From: Tubiluchus corallicola
Taxonomy: Eukaryota > Animalia > Priapulida
Reading direction: 5' to 3'
Assembly: GCA_030141605.1 (NCBI GenBank)
Contig: JAQGDQ010000020.1
Coordinates: 248,001-312,000, forward strand
DNA length: 64,000 nucleotides
Below the pieces are notes generated by a model. It was not told the DNA's origin, did not search any database, and saw only the letters and a list, made by a program, of their open reading frames with translations. A program made the translations under genes and the position numbers. Shown piece after piece: positions 51,801-64,000 of this stretch. Positions within the stretch are counted from its first letter, which is position 1, and each line of letters starts with the position of its first letter.

Positions 51801-54800
51801 ATAGCGACTTCGACAATTTTTTTACAATATGAAGATTAAGATTTTAATTGGGAACAAACAAAGTTATGTTTTTTTAATACACTACGTGGAAACTGTGCGC
51901 ATTATTGATATTGGTGGATGAGTAGCATTGGTAAGACATGGAGGTTAGACTGATGAATAGTTGTTGATAGCATGAAGTGTGTAGTTCCAGATTTGTTGTG
52001 ACAGCAATTCGGCCTATAGCTTTTTTCATATTTTCACGCGATATATTAATATTTTACAATTTATGTTTAAATACCCACAAAATCGTTAAATTACCCCTTG
52101 CTTGGACGTGAATTGTTTTCATTTTACATTATAAAATTGCCACAACGGCCACTGAAAACATTGTACAGAACACTTGCACACTTGAATAATAATAAATCTG
52201 AATATTCAATTTGTAGTTTTGTTTACGTCATCCGTGGGACATCTGTACATGTAACAATGCAGAATAATCTGAAATGACATGTACATAGCGGTGTTGCTGC
52301 TATAATGTTCTGAAACATTCTCTAACTGCAATATATAAATTAGACCACTAGAACATTGATAGGCTGGTACATGTGAAGTGTTTTTATGGTATGAATTTTA
52401 AGCTTTTGATTTTCTTGTGCATACTTTTTATAATTGCTCTTATACGGCGTTTATTATTTGTGCACTATTATTTTTACAAATGCCGTTAACGATCTTAGTG
52501 TTCTGCGCAGAAATTAAATTCAACTGTTTTGTTAAAAATAGTTTTATATAATTATTTCAATTACTTTGTTAGTACTGAATTAAAAATATTTTGTTTTTTT
52601 GGCTTCATTCTCCAAAAATATCTATTTTATTTCGTCCCTGTAGTTTAAGACATAACAACATGCAGGAAAAATTTTCAGTATAGTGTCGTTTCTGGGTTAC
52701 TGGTTATTTCTTCAAATGTATACTGTGTGCAATGAAGCCATAGTGTCATAGACATTTATAATAAAGTAATAACAGCGAAGCAGCGAACGAATTCTAGAAA
52801 GGCAAAGCTGTTAACAATTACTTATTCATGAATAATAAACGCATTATGTTTAGGTGTTTGCTTGAGTTTGAGACTGCTCAGACATTTGAACAACAACGTC
52901 TAATAAGTACAAGATCATGCGGTGGTCACTTGATGATTGGGTAGCAGATGGCTTCATCGTTTGTAATTTCCAGCCATAATTATTGTTCGTCAGCGTTTTC
53001 TGCCGTTGTGCAAATCTAATATGACCGCTTGACACATCGTACACGAGATATGACCACAGATTTTGTAGAAGGAGATATTGTATCTTGCCATTGCAAATGT
53101 CATCAAAATTTCTGTTAAGCCATTTGTTTAATAGAAACCCTTCCCATCTTTCCAAGGTGCGGAATGGACAACGAGGTCATAAAAAATGACACAACTTTTA
53201 TTACCATGTAAGGATGACCAAGTCCTAGTTAGGCTAAAAGGAAAAAAGGAAAATTCATTTTCTTATTGAAAAACTAAACATGAAGAATAACTATTGTAAT
53301 CTTAACGTCAAGATTATTATTACAGTGGTTTTGTACCATCACAAACACGAAGATTATTTTTTATAAATTATTTTAGTTTAATAATTCCGTTATTAAAGCC
53401 TACTTGGCAGTGTCATTTCAATATAATAGTCTCATATTATTAAAAATCCGCGTGATAATAAGCCGGATTGCCGTGGACATAAAATTTGATATCGATAACT
53501 ATATCCGTAATCCATAGATTTTACTTCATTTTTCGTGGATCTATCCTAACCTCACAGTTGGTCACACTGCAAATGTAGAAAAGCAAATGATGAAATGCTT
53601 ATATTTGTATAAAATGCATTAAAACAGAAGCGCGCTTTTATCAAATACACAGACATGTAGCCCTATTATAGAGGATATAAATGTCATTCTCTCGTATTCG
53701 TATCTTTCAGGCGTTTAGTCATCCTTAAACGACAACTTGAACGGTTTTGCATCAAAGCTTTGTCCATTTGACTTTAGCTTTATATAAGGAGTGTAAGAAG
53801 AGTGTAAGAGTGTACGACCTCTGGCTGAGGAAAGGACATTCCCGAAACGCCACCAGTCTTAGCGATGATAATGCCTCTGATATGCGTGTATCATTTCCAA
53901 TGTTTTTTTGTCGTCGCTGTTCTGTTTTTTATTCGCTTTTTTGTTCCTGCTCTGTATGATTGTGTTCTCATGTTCTTATGCTATACAGGCGGCTTAAAAT
54001 ATAGTTTGACCCCAAAATTCCTACAAAAGGTTTTTCAGCGGTTTTTTCATAGTACCAGGTGTGTTTCAAACCATGTTAAAAGTTCACAATAGTTTAACGA
54101 CTAAACAGGCCTAATTTTCAAGATGTCATCAAATGTGGGTAAAAATATTTATTTTTGTTTTCGTTATCCATCCTAGATAAGTAATTTTTGTGTCTAATCG
54201 CGTGTCTTTCGAATCGAGGACTCTAATTTGCATATTTGGGTATGCATCCTTGCTTATGCTCCTTAAATGACTGTGAAACATGTAAATATTAATGACACTT
54301 TCTGAACTGCTTAGGCCTGTGGGATTCCAAATTGTGAATAGTGACATTGTCAGTCAGTATCCGGTGAGATACATATATGTAAATGACCTTACTCTTAGCG
54401 AATCAACAGGTTTCAAAATAGTAAATTAGGTGATGTGGTTAATGAACTATCCAGTTAAGCAGACTAGGACAGCACGTTACGCAAACTAACAAAATGTAAA
54501 TTGTTGAATTTTGATTTTTTTTTATTAGAAATATAACCACATAACCAACAGATATTGGTCTAAATGACACAATCCCGTAGTAGACCATGAAAAGCTATTG
54601 AGAGTCACTTTACAAGGAAGCTTAGAGGGGGATATCTTTGTCAATTCTTTAACCTCAAAAGCTGATTGTGCATTTTAAGGTTTCTGACACGTTTAAGTCC
54701 AAATGACGTTGGTCTTTTAGAAAACGCAATTGCCATCTGATTTTACTCCTCCCATTTTGCCATTTATCTTCAAATATGAAAATGTTCATTATTCTTTCAA

Positions 54801-57444
54801 TATTCATCATAGACCAGGAATTTTTCGTCTTAACTCCATGTTTCGGGGTACTGGGATGCATGGCAGTGGATGTCCTCTGCAACTGCACCGAGATCGCATG
54901 CAGTTGTGCTTTCCGGAGGAGCAGAAGCTTGCTACAAACGAACCGATAATTCTCCACGTTCCATTTCAATCCCATTCACACTATTAGCTGATAATACGCT
55001 CTAAGGCAATAACATTTAGTTGAGGATTTTGTAAAAGGGAGACATTCTGGGGTAAGAAAAGACTTGGCAGAAACATTTTTTTGCTAAAAAGGTCATAGCG
55101 TAAAGGGGCGAGTGAATGGGTACTCTTGTCACCAAACAAAATGGCCGTTGCCTCGCTTCCAAAGCCTTCTGTAATATTAATTGTTTGATTCGGGAGGAGA
55201 AATGCATTACCACAGGCCTGTGTAGTTTCACTCTTCACAAGTTAGTTTCTGAAACCGTGACTTTTCCCAACTCTAAAATACGTTAAGCAGTATCACGTCT
55301 ATCACGTTGCATAGTAACCGTTAGCACCTCAAAACTACACAGGGCTTGTTTCATATCACTGATGTCGTACACTGTAGGAGCTGCTGGTTCGTCTGAACGA
55401 AATGTTTTTCGTCTCAGCATAATAGAGAAGTGTATTGCTTTGGTTGCCAAGACTCGCTACATAAATAGCCTAGGCTACATAAATAGATGCCAAATATCTA
55501 TCTCAAAGCCAGACCTTTCTTCTTCTTCTTCTTCTTCTTGAACACAAAATAGGGACGCATAAAAGTTGTGGCTATTGTAGACGCCACACGGAATATATCA
55601 ACGGATAACTAGTATCCATGAACCATCAATATAGATATCGACGGGCGACGGCAACCCCGTATCCTTCAAACGAAAGGCCACGCAAGTGGGTTTACAAGAG
55701 TGTATATCGTATTAGTGGGCCACCTCGGAATTCACAAATTTGTAATCACTTTATAATAATTTAAATATGCTAACTGGATTTTCGATCCCCAAAACATGGG
55801 ATTAAACACCAAAATTAATTACCTAGGATGAATAGTGAACAAGTGATGTGTCTTTGGTGCCACTTGAAAATTAGACTTTTCAAATGGTTAGTAGATTGTG
55901 GTAAACTTTTTTTATCAGTATCAGTGGTATATTCAGCCGCCAAATAGAAACTCTGTCAGTATTCCAGAAGAGTGTTAAAAATATTAAACGATTTCTGTTT
56001 GACTTGCGACAGTTATTGTATTTCTATTTCTACTTCTACTTCTATTGTGTCAAATTCATTAATTTAAAGAATAGGGGCTGTCATTAATTTAAAGAACAGA
56101 GGCTTTACCATTATCTTTCGTTCCATGATTAACGACACTTTGAAATGTCAGCACTTCAAAAGTTCCAGAGATTGTCCAGTTCTACAAGAACAATTTTCTA
56201 GTTCTGATTATTTCTATTATTTCTAAAAGAACCGCCAACGAGTTTTATATTATTGTTTGTACGGTGATGATGTTTTTCAATAGGCCTACTAGTATTAGAA
56301 GCATTATGAGAAGCAAAAGCTCTTAGGAATAGGATCTCTAAAATCCTCGTCAAGATGTTCTCGTATTCCTTTTAAAACGGTCTTAGTGATTCTCGCCCCC
56401 CTCAATGTAAGCAATTTTTAATCCCTGTGCTTGCCATAATTAGTTTCTATCTATTATATATTACACAAGGGCTTAAAAGCAGCAGTAATGACAAAGCATT
56501 TTTCGTGGTCAAAACGAACACGTTTTGTAAACGCTGAAAGCTGCTCCTGAATTTAAGAAACAATTGCCTATACTAATTTGCCTATGCTAAACTACATCCA
56601 CACCAATTAGTAAACACTCCATATTTACGAAAACAGAAGTTAAGTCTACAATACTTACAAAGGCAGGCAGCCACGTGGCGTAGAAAACCATAGCGACAGC
56701 TACGATAACCTGAGAGCAATCCAGAAGGACCTTCTTGTCCATACAAGCTGACGGCCACCTATCTTCATATCCATGTTTGGATAGTTTTGAGAGAAATCCA
56801 GAGGCTTTGAAGTTGGCACCCGTTGTGAGAAGTAGATTTAGGTAACCCACGCTTAAAAAACTAACGTAGAAAACCTTCTGGTGAATGGACGATGTGTCAT
56901 CGGGAGCTAATATCAACGGTCGACAGGTGTCGCCAGCCATGGCTTCAGGTGCGAAACCAATTAGCGGTAGTAAAGAAATGGACAGAGACAGAGTAAAAGA
57001 TATGGCCACTAAAAGCCGGGCGTTTCGCGGATATCTTCGAAAGCTTTTTCTAGTTAAGGTGTGTTTTAACGTGACTGCTCTATCTACACCCATAAGAGTC
57101 ACTAAAAACATCGAGGACAACTTTAACCACACAGTAAAAATTTGGTAAAAGTAACACGTCCTTTCTCCACCCCACCATTCTTGCCTAAAAAAAGATATAG
57201 CTGTCAATGGAACTGGTACTAATACAGACACCAATGTGGACACGCTCAATAATGCCACTAACTCGTCCATTATTAATCGCTCTCTGGTCGGTTTTATGCA
57301 GCATACTACAATCACAGGAAGTATGTTAGTTATCACTAAAAGGCCATCTAGCGCCAAGCTGACCACACCAGAAATGTTACCGTACACAACGGAAGGGCGT
57401 TCGATTCTTTCTTCCCACGTCCAACCTACATCGACATCGGCCAT
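39839..57444 (-). CDS. class A (rhodopsin-like) GPCR, prostanoid-receptor-like, with long C-terminal tail (3 coding exons, ~632 aa)
   Basis: Exons 57444-56659 (TM1-TM6; WWGGERTC, GVDRAV, SLLPLIGF, FYATWLPAF|gtaagt), 41872-41665 (tttcag|VVITL...NPFLYG...LCC...G|gtttgt) and 40743-39839 (ttacag|..TSHING...ESVI*). Phases 0 and 1 are compatible; total 1899 nt. The intron at the end of TM6 and the WxGGxxC loop recall prostanoid-type receptors. Ligand class is inference. Confidence 0.85.
43291..43428. repeat. dispersed duplicate, copy A (pairs with ~46085-46220); contains candidate microexon
   Basis: Shared blocks aagaactttcca, cgcttac.tg.ttgaaagactt.tgta and gaaaatt.ttaataatttaaa. Confidence 0.8.
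46085..46220. repeat. dispersed duplicate, copy B (pairs with ~43291-43428); contains candidate microexon
   Basis: Same shared blocks as copy A, same orientation. Confidence 0.8.
47880..48230 (+). mobile_element. degraded Academ-like transposase fragment
   Basis: Colinear broken motifs YRALRW, AERHG, YAEY, FPNGHFSIK and LEQ..LNR follow the order YxRAxRxH / AERxGxW / NYARY / GxF / EQxxNR recalled for Academ-type transposases. Many frameshifts. Confidence 0.4.
50960..51090. repeat. degenerate ~15-bp periodic repeat (actgtccaagtgtcc-like), possible transposon TIR remnant
   Basis: Recurrent ctgtccaa/ctgcccaag/ctgtcaagtgtc/aagtgtct units. Confidence 0.45.
52930..53180 (-). mobile_element. Gypsy-type LTR retrotransposon integrase fragment
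   Basis: Minus strand HLGKMGRVSIKQMA*QKF**, SCTMCQ (H2C2 zinc-binding region), HI(R/D)FA and WLEI occur in integrase order, with stops and frameshifts. Confidence 0.45.
54111..55874 (-). mobile_element. internally deleted Academ-like DNA transposon with long inverted repeats
   Basis: Inverted repeat pair 54111-54237 / 55763-55874 (ctaattttcaag...catcctag.taa.taattt..gtgt.taatc...gcatattt). Internal minus strand 55240-54850 encodes SLAPLRYDLFSKK, (frameshift) SAKSFLTPECLPFT...CLRAYYQ and a Cys-rich FCSSGKHNCMRSRCSCRGHPLPC, matching the XPG-like plus Cys-finger C-terminus described for Academ. Confidence 0.7.
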
Positions 57445-59064
57445 TTTACAGGTTAAAAGTCGGCTACTTTAATCCAGTTACTTCCTACATCCTACATCCC
57501 AACAGTTGTGCACGCTCCCTGTTTTGCAAGAATCCTGTCTCACCGAAGAACTTTCAAACTCAGTAATTGAGGCATTTTAACATGTGAAGTCACAGCAGGT
57601 TTGTTTCTCATGCACGACACGTTTCACACGTCTGGTAAACATCCATTGCTAATGTAACGTTCGGATTTTTAATTGCGGTGCAGCCAAAAACGGAGAGCTC
57701 TTCTTAGTTTGTTCATCAAATAAAAATCGTGCTCAAATCAACTGTAGATAAAAATCTTTTTCTCGTTACTTTGTATTTGCGATGTAAACTAAAGTTGAAT
57801 GGATAGCATTACTGTACTTGGTAATGAACACGCCCCTCAGTACGTTTGATGATGCTGTGAATGGACCTAATGAAACGATGACGCCCAGCAGTAACTTCAA
57901 TTTGCTTCTCAAACGCAATCCGACCTACTGAAACGACGGGCAAATTATTCATTTTACGGCTCTCACTGGAAGCCGCGCGTTTTCAGATTGTGAACTATGC
58001 CACGCGTTGACTTCGCTTTATATTGACTAAAGAAAGAATTCAATAATGACCGATGCAATACTGCAGCGGCAACTAGCGGCTTTGGCTCTATGGGGTTACC
58101 GCCTGAGATAAATTGCACATTTTGCGGATGCCTTCGACTTTGATGTGTTTCACTGGAGCGTAGTAGACTTATTGAACAAAACGCTTCGTGTTCCGCCGCG
58201 CCAACTTTTATCATACTATGAAAATTTCCATGTTCTGCAAACAGCATGAGAAGAGAACTTCAGTTCTTGCGCTAATCTCTTTTTGAAATCAAGTTGAGCT
58301 TGTCTCTCAGTTTGGGATTTTTCCAGCAAGTGATATTGCTTCTGCAAAAGAATTCAATTCTACAAACTCTTCAAGTCCTACAACTAGAATCGTTTCAAAT
58401 ATGCGAAAGTGCTGCATCATGATTTTATTTACAGTTGCGACCACCCCTTTATGTCTAAAACTGAAAATAAGGCCAATTACATTCTTTAGTAACATCATCA
58501 TAAAAAATATGGAAAGGCCTAAAAACTATAGAAATAAGGAATCAGTGCTAGGCTAAGTAAGTACAGTACACTGAATAGTATAGTAGCTATTTCTTTAAAA
58601 ACACGAGAAAGATTACCATTGGATGAGATTCAAGAGAACGTCAGCATTAAAACATTACAAACACGCTAAAATTCACAGCATGAGAGAAAAACAAACATTA
58701 TCGAAGTTACCAATATTTTTCTTATCTATAGCTTTATCATTATCTTTCCCATGTTTTTACAAAAATTCTCTTTTTACAGCTACTATACTATGCCTATTTA
58801 ATCTAGCACTGATTTGATTATTTCTGTAATATTTTTAAGCCTTTTGATAATTTTTGGTGATAATATGATTGCTTTTGGCCTTATTTTCAGCACAAGAATT
58901 ATTGTAAACCGAAACGATAAGCGCTACTGTGAGTTTTAATGAATGATTTCAATTCTACTTACTCTTTCGTCTCAACAATCTCTGCATTTATTAAAATAGG
59001 TTATTGTAAATTACTGTTTCAACTTCAAAGATTTTCGCAAATAGCTGTGTAATTTCAGCTACCT

Positions 59065-59093
59065 TTGTTGTTGTTGTTGTTGTTGTTGTTGTT
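59065..59093. repeat. (TTG)n microsatellite
   Basis: Direct read. Confidence 0.95.
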
Positions 59094-59855
59094 AATTGCA
59101 TTTTTGCTTCACATTTAATATTTTCCGACAGAAAGAAGTAACAACGTTTTGTAAGCTGCGGACAAATGAAAAGTTTAACACTTTTTAGTTACTGAGCCAG
59201 TTGTCTAAAACAGAGTATTAAAATAAAAAAATGTAGTTTTCAATTAATCAGCTAAGCCATATAATACTGCTGACGTGTTACATCAGCATGACATGTTAGC
59301 ATTGTTGATATAAATGCATTTTCTATTCCGCTGACAACCTTGTGTAACAGTATGCATATTTTAATAGATTATTATCATGGGGTCGTATGTCGATCAACGG
59401 CGTGTTAAAATGAAGCCATGTGGAGTAAAAGAGAAAACATTTACCCAAGATTTGATGCTCATGTGTCTTTTAATATATATATATATATATATAAGCATAT
59501 TTCTTGTGCACATTTCTTGTCGTGGGGGAGGGGTTGTGTATTTGGTGAGATAGACTTGTGTACGTGAGGGTAAGTGAGTGCGCGTGCGCGCTTTTTATAG
59601 TTGCATTAAATTGCAAATTGGTTATATAATTAATCAGTTAACTTCTAACCTTAGCTGGTTAAAGCAATTTATTAGCTGGCTGTCGAAATAAAAGAATCTA
59701 ATTTAATCTCGTGTAATCTTAGCTACTTACCTACTTAACTTCCTACCTACCTACCTACCTACCTGCCTAATCACCTGCTTGCCTTACTGCCTGCTTGATT
59801 GCTACCTACCATCTCACATTTTTTGTTAAGGTAGGACACCATGCACTCGTTTAAG

Positions 59856-60253
59856 CAGGATTCCATATATGCGTAATATGTGATACATAGCACGTATAAA
59901 ACAGTTTATATTTAAATACATGTAATGCTTCCATGTGTAGGTCTACTTAACGCGCAATCCGTAATGCGTGATGCGTTATACGTATTCAGTTAAACATGAT
60001 TGACCGGTATGGTTCGAATGCGCAACAAGCAGTAATACGCAGACCGGAAACCGTCTTTGCCTAGGTGATTTAACGAGTTTTCAAGTTTCAGGTAACCATT
60101 TTCGTTCCATTTGAGTTGTAGAAGAAGCGTATAAATATACATATTTTTGCATCTAGTTGCAGTTCTTTACCTAGGTAGTGAAACATGCCGGATTGTTCTC
60201 TCCCCTACAAAATCTTATGCACCAAAACCTGTCTCCTTTTGAATTTTTCCGTG

Positions 60254-60299
<46 letters not shown>

Positions 60300-60520
60300 C
60301 AATGAAAAGTTAATGCCATCGCTGTTATTTCTTGATCACTGTCGCGTTGAAACTTCGACGGAAACACGCCATCTAAAAATTATTACTTCCAATTTTCATG
60401 GACAGTAACCAAAAATAGCTGAAAAAGCGCCGCGAGCTTTGTTGATACGCACGGCATTCACGGACCTATGAAACCTATGGATACATCACGCATTACGCAG
60501 TATGCGCACATGGAGTCCTG
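59856..60520. mobile_element. MITE-like element with imperfect TIRs (CAGG...CCTG)
   Basis: Left end caggattccatatatgcgtaatatgtgat matches the reverse complement of the right end, caggactccatgtgcgcatactgcgtaatgcgtgat. An internal copy lies at ~59952 and a central (TA)n. No TSD recognised. Confidence 0.5.
60257..60296. repeat. (TA)n microsatellite
   Basis: Direct read. Confidence 0.97.
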
Positions 60521-63500
60521 TCTATGGCTTATGTTAAACAAAATACTCAAATGTATTTCTTTGCCAAAAACAACTATAAACGAACAATGATAACAATAAT
60601 AATCATAATACTTGTGTAGTATCAGCAATAATGATAGGAGTCGATAACGATGTCAATTACTGAGGCAGCGATTGAGTTTCACAGGATTTCAAGTACAGTA
60701 TAGAACTGGCCATGAAAATTATAATGATTCCATGCCAGATAATCATCAATAATCACTTTATTGTGCAGCTGACTTTTCTTGATTAACTGAACTTGTCGAA
60801 TGTATGAACTTGCAGTGATGATCTGTCAGGTACAATTAACTAGTTTCAGTAAGCACGTGATTGTAAATTGTATACACAGACTGCAAAGCTACGAACTATA
60901 GGTTGGTGCCTTACAGTTTCACAATCATATTACTACATTACAGCCTATCTACTGCGAAGGCGAATGGAGTAGAGGAAGAGCATCTAAAGAGCTCAGCATC
61001 CTAATCGATTTTCTCGCCATCTTCTGGCAGCAGCGATTCCGCCAGCGAATCTCTATGCTGTGTATCCACAGAAATACTTTTCTACTTGTGGTGACATCTT
61101 GTGGAGGAAAAAGTTTATTTTCTCAAATTCAGTACCTGAAACAGCAAAGACAGTTATAATCATAGACACGAACGCACACATATAGGCACATACACTCACT
61201 CAAAAAATATGCTGTATAAGGATTTTAGCCTGAGTGCGACTATTGCATGCGGTAATAACTGGAGTTAACTGGATGTATTAAAACCAACGAATTGGTCTTT
61301 TAGATAGATAGTGTGGCCACGAAATTTTCTTAAAAGCTTTATCCAACACTGCAAGCGACCTAGTCAAGCAATCATCGTTGTCGTGAATCAGAACAGAAAC
61401 CTTTACTCACAGATCATTTATTAGAGATCTATAAGTATAATAGCGAGGACTACTGATAAGGGCGGTGCCACCTCATTTTCTGACATATACAATGTTATGT
61501 TGCAACCTAACGAGTGTTTTCTTGGAAAAGCTGAATTTGTTTTAAATTTAAAAAAATCAAAGATGGCTGCAGATCAAGCTTTTCATTATATTGTTACATA
61601 CATCTCAGAAAACATTATACGTAGATAAATGGTATACAATGTGTTGCAGTCCTTATTGGATTAAATTAAGTCAGATTATTACCCAAACCTGAATAACATT
61701 GGTGTTTGTTACCCGTTAATATTCAAAATGATCGCGAAAGAAGCAGTTCTGCAAGAACTTGCACTCCAAAAAGAAGTCACAGAAAAAATGCATACCTAAG
61801 GTATGATCAGCAGGTACCGTAGCTTGTTTTCCAAGTTTTTTTTCTCAGGCACATGTTGATTGGTTTTTTGCGGGACCTGTTACATCTTTGACGGCACGTG
61901 TGGCATTGAGTGGCATTGAACACATTCTAAAATGTGAGATGAAAGCAACACATGCAGTAGGACCATCAAGCTGTGAGTAGCTTATTTAGTGAAGCCTGTC
62001 CTCATCATGATGTTATTCATTCGAGTTGAAAGAAAAGGTGGCATGCTATTTTACTTGGCAGCAGTTAAAAACACACTGCCTTATATTTTTTACGGTATTC
62101 CACGTAAGCTATGCAAGTTACGGGCTCTGTTACCTGTTGGCTTGTCCGGCTTGCACCTGGCATGGTTTGGCATCAAGTGGTTTCGAACCAGCTAGCGTTG
62201 ACATGTCTGCTTGTTCCTGTTGACGTTTGTTTTCACGGATCCACGCTTATCAGTCGCTAGGGCTCACTGAGTTCAGGACTTGTGTCAAAAGGTACGTTTT
62301 TCTGTTGGTAGCAGTTGACGGTACTTGCTTTTCCGCAGCTGCGGGCAGTAAGCGTAAGATCCTCGAGCGGAGATGCAGTTTCACTGTGATGAAGTACTTT
62401 TGTTGTAAATAGCAGTTGTAGAGTCTATATGGATTACAATTTAGTTTGTGAATAATTCAAGGTGAAACAGAGTATTTGTGTCGTCGTTGTAGACAGCTTG
62501 TGGGCAGCTTTATGGCTTTACACAGTTGCGAAGCTTGACGCTGAAATCACTAGTATCGGCACAAAGCCGTTCTGGCGACCCGCAGATGTATATCCCTCTG
62601 GTGAGACCCGATGACGTGAAAGAACGCACTTGGCTTTCTCGCTATTTTTGTTCCGTGATTACCGGAGAAGTGGAACAGCTTTTGCGCTAAATCTAGCTTA
62701 TCCCTTACGATGTCAGCGTAACTACTTGGGCAAACCAAACGAAAAACATCCGTACAAGGAGATGTACGAGAAGGTCATTTTGGACGCTACGGGCAACTAA
62801 TTGTTGCTGAACCCGGCTTTGACGTGGCCAGACCTCAAGGCCTTTAATTTTTTATTTATTACCAGTCTCTTAACGTACGTCTCTGTTCATGTAATTGTAA
62901 TTGAGCAATTGTTCAGAAATTTCACAAAATGTTGTCGTAAATTTTCTTGTAACGTTACTCGCTACTGAATTTCAATTATTTTTGTTAACACAGAATAGCA
63001 GGCCTATGCGTTACTCCATTTTATACGTTTCATTTAACAAACTTTAACTTTAGTTTTATGTAGTCGAATTTCCGCAGTTTGACATTATTTCCTCAGTATA
63101 GATGTTATGCACACTTAGCTTTTTTATGTAGCGAACACTTTGCGTCCAGTAATAAGCATTATGCAACATGAAAATTTCATCGTAAACTCCATATAATTCT
63201 TACATATCTTAGTATAAAACACGAAATTTGTCTTTACGATGAACATAAGCGTTAACCGCTTTCGTAAATCTTTTTTCGCACTTTCTATAAAATTACTTGA
63301 AGCGTAATTAATTTTTCAATAAAATTTAATTTTTTCTCATACGCGCTTCATGCAGGATCACGATGGTGATCACAGGGTGATATTATAAATAGACACCTCT
63401 TACGAATCAGTATCCCGGCGTGGAAGCACTGCTGCCCGGTAAAATGACGTAAGTCAAAATGGCATAGGAAAAAAAGGAAAAAGTGTGCAAATGGAAAAAT

Positions 63501-63793
63501 AGGAAAAGAGGGACAAACGACTTACACAACATGAGCTCTGAATTAGAGTTATTGTTCGGGATAATTATTTTCGTTATTTTGACCTCTACCAAGGAAGTTA
63601 TGCTTCATGCTGTTTGTTTTTTGCCTGTCTATAGCTGCAAGTCTATTACCCAAAGGCCCACCTAATAGATTTCTATGAGAGTAGGAGACAAGAAAGACAC
63701 AATTTTTACCAGATTCCTGGATTGGGGATGGAGCAGTACTGCCAAGAAAAGTATATGTTTTTTCGCACGTTCTTTGTTTTCACAAAACCTGAC

Positions 63794-64000
63794 CGAACAC
63801 TACGCACAGAAAACATTGGTGAAGCAATTCGTAGAGGTCTCGAATACTACGCACAGAAAACACTGGTGAAGCAATTCGTAGAGGTCTCGAATACTACGTA
63901 CAGAAAACATTGGTGAAGCAATTCGTAGAGGTCTCGAATACTACGTACAGAAAACACTGGTGACGCAATTCGTAGAGGTCTCGAATACTACGCACAGAAA
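63794..64000. repeat. tandem repeat, 47-bp unit, at least 4.4 copies, runs off the window end
   Basis: cgaatactacgcacagaaaacactggtgaagcaattcgtagaggtct at 63794, 63841, 63888, 63935 and 63982, with no unique spacers. Confidence 0.97.

Noticed and set aside
62590-62620. CTCF-like (ccctctggtg) and CRE-like (tgacgtg) sites as the GPCR promoter
   Set aside because: Short motifs expected by chance; no supporting evidence of a transcription start.
63794-64000. CRISPR-like array
   Set aside because: Units are contiguous with no unique spacers, no cas genes are present, and the context is eukaryotic.

Overview
AT-rich eukaryotic (animal, probably marine invertebrate; taxon is inference only) genomic DNA, not prokaryotic. 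Three intact spliced genes can be rebuilt by hand. Two are tandem, same-strand, 19-exon white-like ABCG half-transporters (247-10828, ~683 aa; 17195-33519, ~674 aa) with identical intron phases. The third is a convergent 3-exon class A GPCR resembling invertebrate prostanoid-receptor-like proteins (57444-39839, minus strand, ~632 aa) with a ~330-aa tail. Between the transporters lies a decayed 3' end of a third paralog. Each transporter needs exactly one GC-AG intron, at different positions. The 14.8-kb GPCR intron holds a duplicated candidate frame-preserving microexon, plus Academ-like and Gypsy-like remnants. Transporter introns carry a Helentron/HINE-like element, a possible MULE remnant and two head-to-head non-LTR retrotransposon remnants. 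Microsatellites and 122-bp and 47-bp tandem arrays are also present. All family assignments are motif recognition by eye; no searches were run.
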